Source of the DNA: Epiperipatus broadwayi
Lineage: Eukaryota > Animalia > Onychophora
Assembly: GCA_028023455.1 (NCBI GenBank)
Contig: JAQFVV010000005.1
Coordinates: 11,470,001-11,534,000, forward strand
Reading direction: 5' to 3'
Length of the DNA stretch: 64,000 bases
In this document: positions 24,961-38,600 of the stretch, piece after piece
How positions within the stretch are numbered: position 1 is the stretch's first letter
Layout: every line of letters starts with the position of its first letter
Position numbers and translations under genes: made by a program
Notes under the pieces: model-generated
Seen by the model: only the letters and a program-made list of their open reading frames with translations
What the model was told of the DNA's origin: nothing
The model's database searches: none

Positions 24961-25899
24961 ATGATAAAATACTATTTTTTCCTGATACATTAATTAAATC
25001 TGTGCACCTATTATAACCAAAAACACTGTGACTAACTGGACATCTTCAATGCTTTCAATCCAACTTTGCATTGTGTAGTGAAAATATTTGCGCTTATAAA
25101 TTTGTAATTAATGATTACATTATTATACATTTTAAACAAAAAGCACTGATGCATAGATTAAGTGCCAACTACATATAGCTGCTTTGATTATGCTATATAT
25201 TTTATGTTTAGTTATCTAATCATATATAATATTGCCTTGGTTACTATTCAGGCAATCATTTCAATATTTCTTGGTGGTTCATCAGTGGACTACTTTCAAC
25301 ATTTTACCTATCTTTGTTTTAAACATTGAAATCTGCTGCTTTTTGATTGAATTTTACCTCACTGATCTCATTTTTATTAAAATCAGTAATACTTTTTAAA
25401 AAATTTTAAAATTCTATTTATTAATCATTATCAATTTATTTTTAAATTTACAATGTATTATCTCATTTTCCTAAAAATGGATAATTTCCATGTTAGTTCT
25501 TAACAGAATTGTAAATTTATTTATTTATCATATGGATTTTTTAGACAACTTTAACTATTATTATAAAATTTAAAAGAATGTGTAGATATTTTTACCAAGA
25601 AATAGTTTCACTAAGCTTTGTTGAATTCTTCACTTCTGATATTGTAGCCATAAATTTGACAGTAATTATTTTATTCAGGTAAAACTATATTTAGAGTTAG
25701 TGGGAAATCCAATTACTTTTGTATTATACATTTTTTTGAGCAATCTCTCTTCTGATATCTGGTGAAGAACTATGACAGACAGGAATTGAGTGTATTAGTA
25801 ATATTTAATTGAGAGTCCGGAAGTTTGGTGTGGGAACTGTTTCTAAAAAGGGATACATTCAGCCAAAGTTTCCCATAAAAAACTTGCATCACAATCTCA

Positions 25900-27330
25900 A
25901 ATAGTGACAAATAACTTTCCAACGAGATTATTGTTCAACACTACTTATAAAAGCATGGGATAAAATTGTGATTTAATTTATTACTGCAAAATATATTTAT
26001 CTTACATGGTTTTCCTATTATACCTGAGTCTTTCAAATATATTTTCAATCTTTAAACTTTTATTGATAGATTTTTCTTTATGAAGAAAGGAAAATCTTTT
26101 TTTTGTAAAGTCAAAGTATTGTTATCAGCATTGACACATTTCATGCATTCTATTTTAGGAAAATCATTTATTAATATTTTAAATAAACTAGGTGAGAGAA
26201 AAAAGTTTTGTATTAGGCCATTGTATAATATTTTATGACTATCATTTAGTGTCACTTGAATATTGTCTTAGAGACAATTTTTTCAACATAATTAATGCTT
26301 TTCATGGATTTAAGGATTTTATAAACTTTTAGGAAAAACACTTTCCCAAACAGAATTATAAGTTGAGATTAAATAAATCAAGGTAGCACTAGTTTTTAGA
26401 TTATTTTGAAAACCTTTTTTATTCTGAACTTGAAAGATAAACTTTGTTCCCAGTAGTTTTATCAGGACCTAAGTCTGCTTTATAGATAAATGGTTTTATA
26501 GAATTTATAGGGAAATCATAATAAAGATATTAGATGATAATTTTTTTGAATCATGAATGTTGGGTTTTGCTTTTATACCAAATATTTGAAATATTTTCTG
26601 TATGAATAATGCTACTGATTAATTTTACCACCTATAGTTAGAGCTTCAAGTTCTAAAGTTTGAAAGTTTTCTATCTAATCTTGGGCCTTTGCTAATTTAA
26701 GGCAATCAAGGTTAAGTTCACCAACATCTATTATCTTTTTAGAATGATATTAGAGAAGTATTGTTAAAGAAACGCCTGCAATTCTAGTCTATGTATCTTT
26801 CTATCAATCTTGAGAGAATTTGTTAAGTTTTTTCAAGAATTCTCCACTATTATTGATTTATAAAATTCATCAACAGTCTCCAGTTCTTTAGTAGATAAAT
26901 TTGATTATAAAGAGCACTGCTGCTTTTGTGGTAATTTGGGATAAATTACTTTTGATATCCACAAGAGATGGACTCTTTGGAAACTATTATTATAAGTAGT
27001 TAAATCTATCAGAGCAAAAATGAATTTTAAAATATTCTATTAGTATTCCATTCAACAAATCCAATATATTGATTTTAATCAGCTTTCCTTTAATTTTATG
27101 TTGGAATAGAATAATTTTCAACTATTAAAATGTGAATTTCCAAATAATTAGATTTGGATTATCTTAACTATGAGACAAATGATCTAATATAGAAAATGAT
27201 GAAGTTATTTTTTGTCAAAATAAAATATAAATCAGTTTGTCTCTTTTCTGCATCTACCTGAATGGAATATTGGTTTTTGTTTGGTATCATAATGTAAGGG
27301 CTTATTATTTAAATCCATCCATTGTCAAAG
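25900..27330 (-). mobile_element. Non-LTR retrotransposon (I/Jockey/R1-type) RT remnant
   Basis: ORF 26052-26255 reads NGLIQNFFLSPSLFKILINDFP...NADN (GxPQGxxLSPxLF..YADD-like). Upstream fragments ADLGPDK and SKESISCGYQK*FIP. Confidence 0.65.
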
Positions 27331-29469
27331 TTGGTAATCTGCTTGATCCTCTTGTGTATATTCTTAAAGCCACTATAAAAACTGAAATCTATAAATAAAG
27401 CAAATATAGGAAAATCTGGAAGAAGTTATAGCCATTTTGTATTGTGGCATTTGTAAATATTGCATACATAAGAAATTATCCAATTGTGACACTATCTTCA
27501 GTAGAAGTTGTTCACCTTACAAGATGGTTTGAAAAAAAGTAACCATGCCATATGTAAAATGCATTCTATCAAAAATCAATGTAAATACAGTAATTTTAAG
27601 AAGATACACTTTATTGCAAGAATAATGAGACTCCTGAAATGTAATTATATCAAAGTTGTGCTAAATAGTTAATTTATAGAGAATCTCTGTTTTTGATTTT
27701 TATATTTGCTCAGTGTTAAATTGAAATAATTTTCTTGTATTTCTTAGGTGAAGGGAAAATCATTGCATTGAGCATATACTAGTACTATGTAATTGTTTTT
27801 CATTTTAAGAACCTAAGTTCCTCATCTTTATAGACCTGTTATGTCATGTTCACTTTATACTTAAATTTGTGTTTTCATAATTTGAATTTTTTAATTAGGA
27901 GTTCATTAAAATAATGTTTGTAATTTGCTTTATGTATTAATGCCTGCAATTCATAGAGTAGGCCATGAGAAAGCTGTCATCCATACACTCATAATTGTAA
28001 ATTAGTATTGTGTGTTTACAAAAAATAACTATTGTATTTCAATTTTATATTAGACATTTGTTTAGTTTCTGTGAAATAGAAGGGGGAAATAATCGAACAT
28101 TAATTTAATGTCAAACTAAAACATAGTATTGGGTAAATACATTTTTTGGAATATGAATAACATTTTAACATCTATCTTCCTTAATCTCAACGTGTATTTT
28201 TGATAATATTTTTAGAAATAATGTTTTATGTAAAACATTTTAAAATCTAAAATACATTTTAAAATTATCATTGGATTATTTTATTTAATCATGAATTGCT
28301 TATTATAAAAATAAAATGTTATTTTCAGTATTAATTTATTTGGCATACTAATGATGTCAATAAATCAATTGGTAATTTATTTATGACATTTTTAAAATTC
28401 TCAGAAACCGAATCACTAAATTTTGTAAAATGGATTTTAGCTTAATCTTACTGATATCAAGTCTAGAGAATTATTTGATTGTTTGTATATATTATCAGTT
28501 GTTGTGAGTTTGAAATGTTATTAAATCATATTTTAACATTCTTTATATTTTTTTACATATATTTAATTTACTTACATACTACTTAATTTTTTAACAGAAA
28601 CTACTTTATTCTCCTGTATGTTAAGTTTTAGACGAATTCATAAATATGTAAATTTGAATGAGATGTTTTAAAAACATTTTCTTTAATGCTAATTATTTTT
28701 TAATTTTTTAGTAATTATTACATTTTTTTTTTTTTAGGTTGGAAGTAATTCTCTTCTAATCACCAAGATTATATTTTTGAAACAAGTTAAATTGCACGGT
28801 ATATAAGCATATCCTAATTGATGCATTATATTGGATTGTGGTAAATAAAGCCACCACTAGTTCACGTGAGGATATTAACCACTCATTAATCATTATGAAT
28901 TGTGAATCACCTTATGATTACAGAAACCATTATTATTACAATCAATGAAGATATAATTGTAATTGTGTTTATGTAATGATTTGACTCTTATGACAAAAAA
29001 AATTATGTGAGAATTCAATGAGATATTATTTCTCAGTATAAGAAGAATTACTATTAAAGTTAATATTAAACATTCATATAATGTGTTTTTAAACTCAGAA
29101 CTAATATATAAGTTAACAAGTGGAATATATTTGGAAAAAACAAAACAATATTGAGATATCTATATTGATGATTTCTAATATATCTTTAAAATATACAATT
29201 CAAAGTTTAAGATATAGGAATTGGATTTAATTTGAAGTTAATTATTTTATGGAAAGTAATAAATGGTATAATAAAGGTGCAAATAATTCCACTATTAGAC
29301 AAAATATTTCGTGAGAAAGAAAAAATGTCAATGGTGCTTGTATGATTGAATGTATTCGTATCACTTCCTCTTACAAGATAGTTATTCTAACTTGAGAAGA
29401 AAAAAAAGTAAAAATATAATAAAGAATTAAAAAAAAGTTTTATCATGATTACTAAGAAGTCCATGAATT

Positions 29470-29918
29470 GCAGAAATAGTCATGTTGAACTCTTGCTTGT
29501 GTTAAAGGTAAAACTGCTTTAAAATATTTCATGATTTTGAGGATTATTTACTTAAAAATCTTTTAAACAATAAAAATGTATGTAATCAAAACTACAAACA
29601 AATAAAATTTCATGAAGTGATTTATTTTAGAGAAAAAACATTCAAATGCAGTTTTTATGATTATAAATCTGTCTAAAAAGTCACATTAGAAAATGCATGA
29701 AAAACATGAAATAAAAAAATTATTTAATGAACCTTACATGATTATAAGACTGCTGTTAAAAATGGATTAAGTAATCACACAAAACCAAGAACAAAAAAAA
29801 ACCTTTATATTGCATTTTATGTGATTTCAAGACTACTGCAAAAAGTAGATTCAGTATGCATAGAAAAAATGCAAGTTGTATGATTACAAAGCTATTAAAA
29901 AATTTACTTTGAAAATAC
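29470..29918 (+). pseudogene. Frameshifted C2H2 finger repeats upstream of the zinc-finger ORF
   Basis: gattataagactgctgttaaaaatggatt, tgtgatttcaagactactgcaaaaagtagatt and tatgattacaaagctattaaaaaatttactttgaaaatacatgaaacacttcataca are copies of the downstream finger units in broken frames. Confidence 0.6.
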
Positions 29919-31649
29919 ATGAAACACTTCATACAGAAAAAAAAACCTTTCAATATCAGAATATGTTACTACAAGATGGCTGCAAAAATTTACTTAAAAA
30001 TGCGTGAAAGGATAAATAGACATGAAAAATTATATCATTGTACTTTATGTAGTTATAAGACTGCTGCTAAAAGTAGTATAAATAGGCATAAAAGAATACA
30101 TACTGGAGAAAAACCTTTCTATTGTAATGTTTGCAAATTTAAAACTGCTGAGAAAATTAGATTAAAAATACACCAAACATTACATACAGGAGAAAAACCA
30201 TTTGAGTGCACTTCTTGTGATTACAAGACTGCTGTAAAGTGGAGATTAAAAAGTCATGAAAAAATACATAGTGAAGAAAAATTCCATTGCAAGTTGTGTG
30301 CTTTCAAAGCTGTTCAAAAATATAGTTTAAAAGTGCATGAAACACTTCATACAGGGGAAAAACCTTTTAATTGCAATGTATGTGATTACAAAAGTGCAAC
30401 AAAAAGTTATTTAAAAATTCATGAAAAAATACATACACGAGAAAATTTGTTTTATTGCACTCTATGTAGTTATAAGACTGCTATAAAAAGTGGTATAAAA
30501 AGGCATGAAAAGACACATACTGGAGAAAAACCTTTCCACTGTAAACTTTGTAATTATAAAAGTGCTGATGAAAGTAGATTAAAAATACATCAAAGAATAC
30601 ATACAGGTGAAAAACCATATCATTGCACTTTTTGTGATTACAAGACCTCTGCAAAAGGTAATATGAATAGACATGAAAAAATACATACTGCACAAAAAGA
30701 ATTTCATTGCAAGTTGTGTGATTACAAAGCTGTTCGAAAATATAGTTTAAAAGTGCACGAAGTACATCATACGAGAGAAAAATCTTTTAATTGCAGCAAA
30801 TGTGAATACAAAAGTGAAACTAAATATTATTTAAAAATTCATGAAACAATACATACACAAGAAAATATGTTTCATTGTACTTTGTGTAATTATAAGACTG
30901 CTATAAAAAGTAGTTTAAAAAGGCATGAAGGAATCCATACTGGAGAAAAATCTTTTCATTGTAACCTTTGCAATTATAAAAGTGCTGCAAAAAGTAGATT
31001 AAAAATACATCAAACAATACATGCAAGAGGAAATCCATTACAGTGCACTTTTTGTGATTACAAGACTTTTGAAAAGAGTTGTATAAATTGGCATAAAAAA
31101 ATACATTCAAGAGAGAAACGTTTTCATTGCAACCTCTGCAGTTTTAAAACTGCAAATAGAAGTAGATTAAAAATACATCAAACAATACATTCAAAAGAAA
31201 AACCTTTTCAGTGCCCCGTATGTGATTACAAGGCAGTTGTTAAAAGTCAATTAAATTTTCATATAAAAACACATAATATTAAAAAATCTTATTTCAGAAT
31301 AACTGCTCAACGATATTGTTTTCAAGAAAATGAAAAAATGAATTTACAGGAAAATTATTTTCATGGTGCTTTATATAATTATAAAAGTGTTACAAAAAGT
31401 AATTTAAACTTACATGAAGGAGTACATACTGGAATAAAGCCTTTGCATGATATAATGTGTGATTATAAAACAGTTTCTCAAATGTTAGATCAAAATAAAA
31501 ATATATATATTCCAAAAAAATCTCTCGCTACAGAAACTTTTAAATGTCATTTGTGTGATTATACACACTTAGAAAAAACTCTCTGGGAAAGTCATGAAGC
31601 AAGTCATTTCACAAATTATGATACAATAGAGATTCTCATTCAACTATAA
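29919..31649 (+). CDS. C2H2 zinc-finger array protein (576 aa ORF; 15 contiguous canonical fingers, two degenerate, one terminal)
   Basis: Repeated F/Y-x-C-x2-C-x-Y/F-K-x7-L/I-x2-H-x3-H with TGEKP-type linkers. No effector domain is visible. The true start or upstream exons are uncertain. Confidence 0.85.
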   Translation: MKHFIQKKKPFNIRICYYKMAAKIYLKMRERINRHEKLYHCTLCSYKTAAKSSINRHKRIHTGEKPFYCNVCKFKTAEKIRLKIHQTLHTGEKPFECTSCDYKTAVKWRLKSHEKIHSEEKFHCKLCAFKAVQKYSLKVHETLHTGEKPFNCNVCDYKSATKSYLKIHEKIHTRENLFYCTLCSYKTAIKSGIKRHEKTHTGEKPFHCKLCNYKSADESRLKIHQRIHTGEKPYHCTFCDYKTSAKGNMNRHEKIHTAQKEFHCKLCDYKAVRKYSLKVHEVHHTREKSFNCSKCEYKSETKYYLKIHETIHTQENMFHCTLCNYKTAIKSSLKRHEGIHTGEKSFHCNLCNYKSAAKSRLKIHQTIHARGNPLQCTFCDYKTFEKSCINWHKKIHSREKRFHCNLCSFKTANRSRLKIHQTIHSKEKPFQCPVCDYKAVVKSQLNFHIKTHNIKKSYFRITAQRYCFQENEKMNLQENYFHGALYNYKSVTKSNLNLHEGVHTGIKPLHDIMCDYKTVSQMLDQNKNIYIPKKSLATETFKCHLCDYTHLEKTLWESHEASHFTNYDTIEILIQL

Positions 31650-33357
31650 TTTGATGTATCATTTTTACATTTTCAAGTAAAATTTTTTAATGTTGTAGTT
31701 TTTTGCATCAAGTGAAAAAATTGAATGCTACGGTTTATCTGTCATTTATTGATTGATTGAAAGTAATTTTGATGATTGATTATAATTTTCATAATCAATG
31801 ATAATTATAGAGCAGCATGTGTGGGAAATAAATTGTGACATTTTTTATAGAATAAATAAAATATTGTATCAGACTTATTAAATTTAGATTTATTAAAAAG
31901 CATTTTTGTTTTACAGAATGTTTTTATAATATAAGAAAATTTGTGTACTTTAATTCGAAACAACACAATTGTAGCATATTGTAATTAATTCCTTAAGAAA
32001 ACAAGTAGCAAAATTAATAAGTTGAAATCATTTTGAAAGCAAACATATCTGACTTTATTACAGTCATATTGATTGTCCCTAGCAAGTATATTTTTATACT
32101 TCTGTCTCAATTTTTTTTTTTTATTCTATGATATGTTACCACAAAGCTATTGAGAATAAGAAACAATGATAGTTTTTCAGAAATATTAAAATATTTGCAT
32201 TTGTTATAGAGTAGTAAATCTTAAAGTTCACATTTCTTTATATGTTTTAGAGAATGAGCTGCATTGAATATTTTCAATAAAGCAAATTTTGAATGTGCAA
32301 GAAAAAATTTAAGAATACAAGAAAGAATATACATTGGAACATTTTTAAAATTCTCTACAAATTGAGATGGATTACTTTCTATGATAGCTTTTTGAATAAT
32401 TAAATAATGGCATAAAAATAGTAATTATTTCAAATCATAATTGATTCGTCTCCCCAAGAAAATATTTAACAAAGCAGTTAAATATGTTCATGGCAAATTT
32501 TACTTATGTTTTAGTTGCCATCTGTGTTTCCTTCATAATACAAAATGATGAGTTCAGATAACAGATTTAGATTAACATTACATTTAAAGAAGATAAGTTT
32601 AGTCTCCTACTCTCTAAATACTACTTGGAATTTAATATTGATGTTATGTGTGAAAGATTTCTATAGATCATATTGGAATATCTGGTGTACATGTTATATA
32701 CTACAATCCTAGATGTGGAAAAAAAGTATTGTCTGCTGAAAGAAAATTTAGTGTCTTACTGAAATGATCAGTCATATCATGTCCCACTTACATTTAGTAA
32801 GATAAAACAATTGAAAAAAATTATTAACTTTTATGCCAATTCATAAAGTTGTGTAAAGTATAGAATATGAACCGCACTTTTGATATTTAGTTAGATGAAA
32901 CTGTTATTTTATGCATTTGAGATCTTAACACAATTTTATAACTATAATTTTATGTGAATAAATAGTAGCAAAAAAGAAAAACTATTTTAAGTAGATTTAT
33001 TATATTCCTAACAGGAACTATTATTTCGGCATGATCTCCAGGTCTTGCTGGAGCTATGCTTTTGTATTTCATTTACAAATACAAGTAGGTGTATATACAC
33101 ACACATATTATAGAACTTTGGTTGTTCATCTATTGTCATAAATTTATGTTGCACCGTATGGAATTATGTTACTCTGTTTACAACTCAGATACAGTTGTCT
33201 TTAATCCATTTGTTTCTTCTTTTTTTTTTTTAATATTTCTATTGAAATGAAACACAAATTAAATAAAATCAATGAGGATTGCCAATTCCTCAACAAGCTT
33301 TGTGATAAATGCTTAGCCAGAGCCAGCATTTAAAATATCAGTCAGGACCCCCCCCAA

Positions 33358-33400
33358 ACCTCTGACCATGGTTTCGTGCTTTGGCACCCCTCAGAGAGGT
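33358..33400 (-). ncRNA. Type-I hammerhead ribozyme motif (family 2)
   Basis: Minus strand: ACCTCT-CTGAGGG-GTGC-CAAA-GCAC-GAAAC-CATG-GTC-AGAGGT. All three stems pair; one core change (A9 to G). Confidence 0.8.
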
Positions 33401-33928
33401 GCTAGGGTAGGTTCACATACTAGATCTAAAAATACCAACCCAAAGCTAGCATTTATCTAAAAGTTATCTATTGAGAGAAAATCTGAAATTTTCAGACACC
33501 TGCGTGTCTTCAAACCCAGCTATCCAACTCAAATAGCTGTATTGGGCTGAGAGATCTTCAGCCATACCATATATTAGTAGTCTTAGCAATATAACATTGC
33601 ATAAGACTTAAGGCAGAGACTATAAATAGTCAAAATAAGAGTCATAGATCACATGACCCAATTCTCTTAAGCTCATCAGATATAATCAATGAGGATTGCC
33701 AATTCCTCAACAAGCTTTGTGATAAATGCTTAGCCAGAGCCAGCATTTAAAATATCACTATCAGGACCCCCCCCCAAACCTGATCATATAGCTATTTGAA
33801 TTGGATAGCTGGGTTTGAAGACATGTAGGTGTCTGAAAATTTCAGACTTTCCTCTCAATAGATAACTTCTAGATAAATGCTGGCTTTGGGTTGGTATTTT
33901 TAAATCTAGTGTGTGAACCTACCTTAGC

Positions 33929-33970
33929 ACCTCTCTGAGGAATCCAAAGCATGAAACCATGGTCAGAGGT
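33929..33970 (+). ncRNA. Type-I hammerhead ribozyme motif (family 2)
   Basis: ACCTCT-CTGAGGA-ATC-CAAA-GCAT-GAAAC-CATG-GTC-AGAGGT. Core intact; stem II has a 1-nt deletion. Confidence 0.75.
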
Positions 33971-34439
33971 TTGGGGGGGGGGGGTCCTGACTGATATTTT
34001 AAATGCTGGCTCTGGCTAAGCATTTATCACAAAGTTTGTTGAGGAATTGGCAATCCTCATTGATTATATCTTACATGCTTAAGAGAATTGGGTCATGTGA
34101 TCTAGACTCTTATTTTGACTAAAAATTAAATAACTTTGTTAAAAGAATCTGATTATGTAAAAATTATTTTTTTCTCCAATTTAAACAATTATCCTATGAC
34201 ATTCTAATATCAAGGCAAATCAGACTATCAGAAATAGGTTTTGCATATGTACTATGGTATTTTGATAATATAGTAAAAAAATAATAAGAATTGCATTAGA
34301 TTGTATAAACTAAACAAGTTAGTTGATCTTGTCTAGTGTTAGCATAATTTTTTTAATATACATATTTATTTTTTTGTTTATCCATTATAAATCCAAATCT
34401 CATATCCTAACATAATTGCAGATCTAATGTGTGAATGTT

Positions 34440-35561
34440 AATACCAAGGGGTTGTATCAACTGATACAAATGACCAAGCTGTTCTTCAATACAGTACAAA
34501 AAGGGGACCGGAAAGTTGGAGACCTGTAATACCCCAGAAAATGTGGAATGCAGTGGTGACTCACGTCCACCAAATATATGGACACTATGGGATATGGAAA
34601 ACTGAAAAGTGGCTTAGACGGGTTTTATTAGCCAGGCATGCATGGGACTATCGTGAGGATGATCAGCCAATGTGAACCTTTCCAGAAAACTAAGCCTACT
34701 AATAGGAATTATGCAGGCCCAATGAGCTCCATAATCCCAAAGAAACCACATGAGATGATTGCGATAGATTATTATGGACCATTGCCAGCCTTTAATAGAA
34801 AAAAATAATTTGTTGGTGGTGTATGATCTATTCAGTAAATTTGTGACTGCATATCCCATGACTCAAGCAAATACCCGAAACACCATATGTCTCCTTGAAA
34901 AGGAATATTTTACGGTAATGGGAAAACCTCAAAGCATCCTCCCGGATCATAGCACACCATTTATCTCTGGAGAAGGGAAAGCATGGGTTCAGAAGTCAGG
35001 GATCCAACACATACTAGCATCAATTAGGAATCCACAATCGAACCCATGTGAGCGGGTGATGCATGAGTTGGGTAGGTTGTTTAGGATGTACATCCCAACT
35101 AATCACCGAGGATGGGTTAAAAAGATTCCAGAAATACTGAACTACATAAATTGGGCAGTTAATGAGTCCACAGAGTTCTTTCCTGGGCGGCTCCAGTTTG
35201 GCAAACACGCTCCTAAATTAATCAAGGCCAAAATACCAGGACCAAAGAAATGCAAATAAATGTGGAGGAGGACCAAGAGCAGGCATATCATATACTTGTG
35301 AAAAGGAGTCAGGAAAGAAATAAACATACACTGGATAGACCTCATCGGTTTAAAGTTGGTGATCTAGTCATAGTGAAAACCCCACATGTGAGCGAACTGG
35401 AGAAATTTAAGAAATTTTGCAGTGTGTATGAGAGACCTTTCCCTATTGTTAAGTGTCAGGGGGATAATGCATTCTGGGTGAATACTGGGCAGGAGGTAAC
35501 GGGATCATACAATGCTCATTCCCTCAAGCCCATGCCATTACGAATGGTTCAAGGTATTTAG
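34440..35561 (+). mobile_element. Ty3/Gypsy integrase remnant
   Basis: HVHQIYGHYG (zinc-binding), VVYDLFSKFVTAYPM, PQSILPDHSTPF, RNPQSNPCERV and FKVGDLVIVK...YERPFPI (GPF-like). Frameshifted ORFs 34774-35259 and 35250-35561. Confidence 0.9.
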
Positions 35562-35599
35562 GAGCCATTCAAATACATAGACCGTATTTGAAGGCTTGC

Positions 35600-35620
35600 G
35601 GGAAGGGGGTATTGCAACAG
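35600..35620 (+). other. Polypurine tract and probable 3' LTR start
   Basis: GGGAAGGGGG (35600-35609) followed by TGCAACA at 35613, just downstream of the integrase. Confidence 0.5.
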
Positions 35621-38600
35621 GGCAGGCATAATCAAACCCTGTTTTGATAATTAGACAAATATCGATTCGTATATTTAACGCATTATTAAAAAATATATAT
35701 ATCTTATTACTAACGTATTATTAAAAATATATATTACTTTACTAGCAAAACTAATATTTACCAGTTGATGTACAATCAACGGTCATTTGCATGGTCAGAT
35801 TGGATTGATTTAGTTATTTTAATAATAATAAAAAAAGAACTCATAAAAGAGGTATGGGGGCGGGTTATACATTTGCTCTGATTTTTCTTTCTTTTGCCAA
35901 ACCCAGCTATACACATCGCTATGTATATATGTGAGTGTGTTTGAACCATTAAAAATGAAAAATTCACAAAATAAAAAGGAAACATTTTGTTTGATAAACT
36001 TTTTAAATATATATATATATTAGGTCAACAAAAGAACTATAAATGTCAAGATGGAAGACTGATTTTGCAGAACAATGGAAGTAATTATTATAAAAATCGT
36101 GGAATGTCTAATGCTAATTAAATATTACTTGGAAAGAAATAGGTGTAAAAAGCTTTTGTGGTGCATTCCAACAAAGGCATACGGAATGTGAATGGAAATA
36201 TAATTGAAAATGAATGAAAAGAAAGATAAATTCGATAATTAAAAAAAAAAGAATTAAGGATTAGTATAAGTTTGGATGGAGAAGAAAGCGGATGGTAGAC
36301 TGATAAACAGAAAATAAGAATCGAGAGAAATGTGATATACATTTGATAAAATATGGTCAGGCTGGGGTAGAGGCTTCAACGTGCGGAAGGTCCGAATCCT
36401 CCCCCCCCCCCGAATGTATAGCAGCTGCAGATAACTGAGAGGGGACATCAAGCCTGGAGAATTCGCCTCAATAAGCAACAATGTTGAATCACCACAAGAG
36501 GAAGAAAATAAATGGAACCCGAACTTCAAAAAAAAAAACAAAGTTCGTTCACCGACAAAGGACCAGAGATTCCCTTTTCACCAGGTGAATTCGATCAATT
36601 CCCCGGGCAAATGCAGATATTTTTTTTTCCTATTTGCATATATGTGCCACTTTTAGTAAGCTTACTCCATGAAATTGAGAAAACTTATTTGACACAATTG
36701 CGAACTTAAAATTTCTTTTCTTTGCCCAGAGAGGTCAAACTATTTTCTACGGAATTTATTAGTGTATAAATTAATCCAATTAAATCTTCGGTGCAAAATA
36801 CATATAATAGCACATTTGTGTGTTGGGGAGTTTTGGCAAAAAGAGAAAAGAGCAAACAAAAAAAAAAGAAACTGAATATGAATGTTTGATTTAAAATGAG
36901 ACACTAATTCAACTTACGTAAATAATATATGATTTTTTTTATAGATACATAAATATCATTGCTTAAATGTGTATAAAATAAATTTTTTTTTTTGTGTTAT
37001 GAGTTTTTTTTTAAATAAAAAGAAAATGGGAGGGTTAGATCTACTACCGGTAAATTTTACCACCCGCCCTAAGCAGAGCTAGTCCAGGTCATTTCCATAT
37101 TGGTATTCCAGCTCTCCCAGCATAATTTTTTTATAGAAATATAGGATTGATGCTTGAGGTCATAAATTGATGCTAATAAATGTGCTGGGCGATAAAATGG
37201 AATAATTTTCGAATTTTCTTTTAAACAATTACGAATATACGTGTATCGTTATATATACATACACGCAATCTTCCAAGATTACATATATGCGTAAGATATA
37301 TATGAAAAATGGGACATCACGTTACAATATATATATCAACACTTATAATTATGAGTGCTTTTCATACATCTCTACTATATTAATATATAAATTTAAAATG
37401 ATATCTTCCTACATCCCCATAATAGATATGTATTATAACACAAACAATATTTAATAAGTTATAAAATAATAAATGAAATTGTATAATTTCAAAAATTATT
37501 GTAATACTAATTATCTAAATTTAATTTAAGCAATATAGGTATAAATGAAGGTTTTTGTAATAATGAATTCATTTGAGGGAATTCCATTATTATAAGACCC
37601 CCCCCTCTTCTACATGTGGTACTTATCATTGAAAGAATAAATCTTTCATCCAAGGATATTAATTATTTATATGAGGAATAAATAAATATTAAATTAATTA
37701 AGTTAGTAATAAACAATAATTCTGTCTTGTCATAAGTGAATGAATTTAATATGAAGAACAATGAAATCTTAACTTCATATTATGTTTTCTTAATTACCCT
37801 GGTCAAGTCCCTTTACAAGGAAGATCTACATTTTATTAAATAAAATTCATTTCTATAATTTGCAAAGTAATGTTCATTAAGAAAGTTCTTTATTTCCTGG
37901 TCATCAATTATCAGTGAAGCAATCAATATATTCCGTCATTCCTAAATGTTCCTCTTGCATGTTGTTGACATCTTCCATAATTTATTTCAATATAAATTGA
38001 AATTGCATTTTGAATTATATAGATGAAATATATATATACACTTTAGGCATTTCAGTAGGAATAAATAATTACACTGCTTTAGGTTAAAATAAAAGTATAG
38101 GATTCTATGGCAAATTGTTTTTACTCATGATGCATTTTATGAAAAATGCAATCATAAAATAATTTATTTGAATATATGTTTTTTTAATAATATTTATCCT
38201 TAAAATTCAAATTTAGAATGATCTCATTAAGAATTTCTCCATTTATTCTATTAAAGATAATCTCATTTTTGAAATGATTACTATTAATATTAAAGATTAA
38301 TTTATTTACTCTTTTCTTGAGTGATATTGGAGTTCCCTCTTCATGAAGATTTTATAAACAAGGAAAATTTATTCACCATCTTTTTAATGTGTTCGGAATA
38401 CAAACACAGCAAAATAACTGCTTAGTCACTAGTATATTTGTAAAAGATAGAATTATTTTGGAAATTATTTGCTTTAGCTTTTATAATAGAATCAACTTCT
38501 ATTAGCATAAGTTAAATTTACTATTTGATTTCATGATTTTGTATTCAATTATTGTTGAAAGAATCATAATTAATAATTGTGTAATTGAGATCTAATTTCA

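Larger units (their letters stand above)
33267..34122. mobile_element. Hammerhead-containing repeat family 2: ~1.3 tandem ~417-bp units followed by an inverted unit
   Basis: aatgaggattgcc at 33271 and 33688. 33789-34120 is the reverse complement of the unit. AAATTAAATAA at 33256-33266 and 34123-34133 is a possible TSD. Same family at 61015-61738. Confidence 0.9.

Noticed and set aside
25255-25292. Hammerhead at minus-strand CTGATGA...GAAA
   Set aside because: No pairing for stem II or stem I; compatible with chance.
30481-31110. Antisense ORFs over the zinc-finger gene
   Set aside because: Shadow frames that recur with the 420-bp repeat period.
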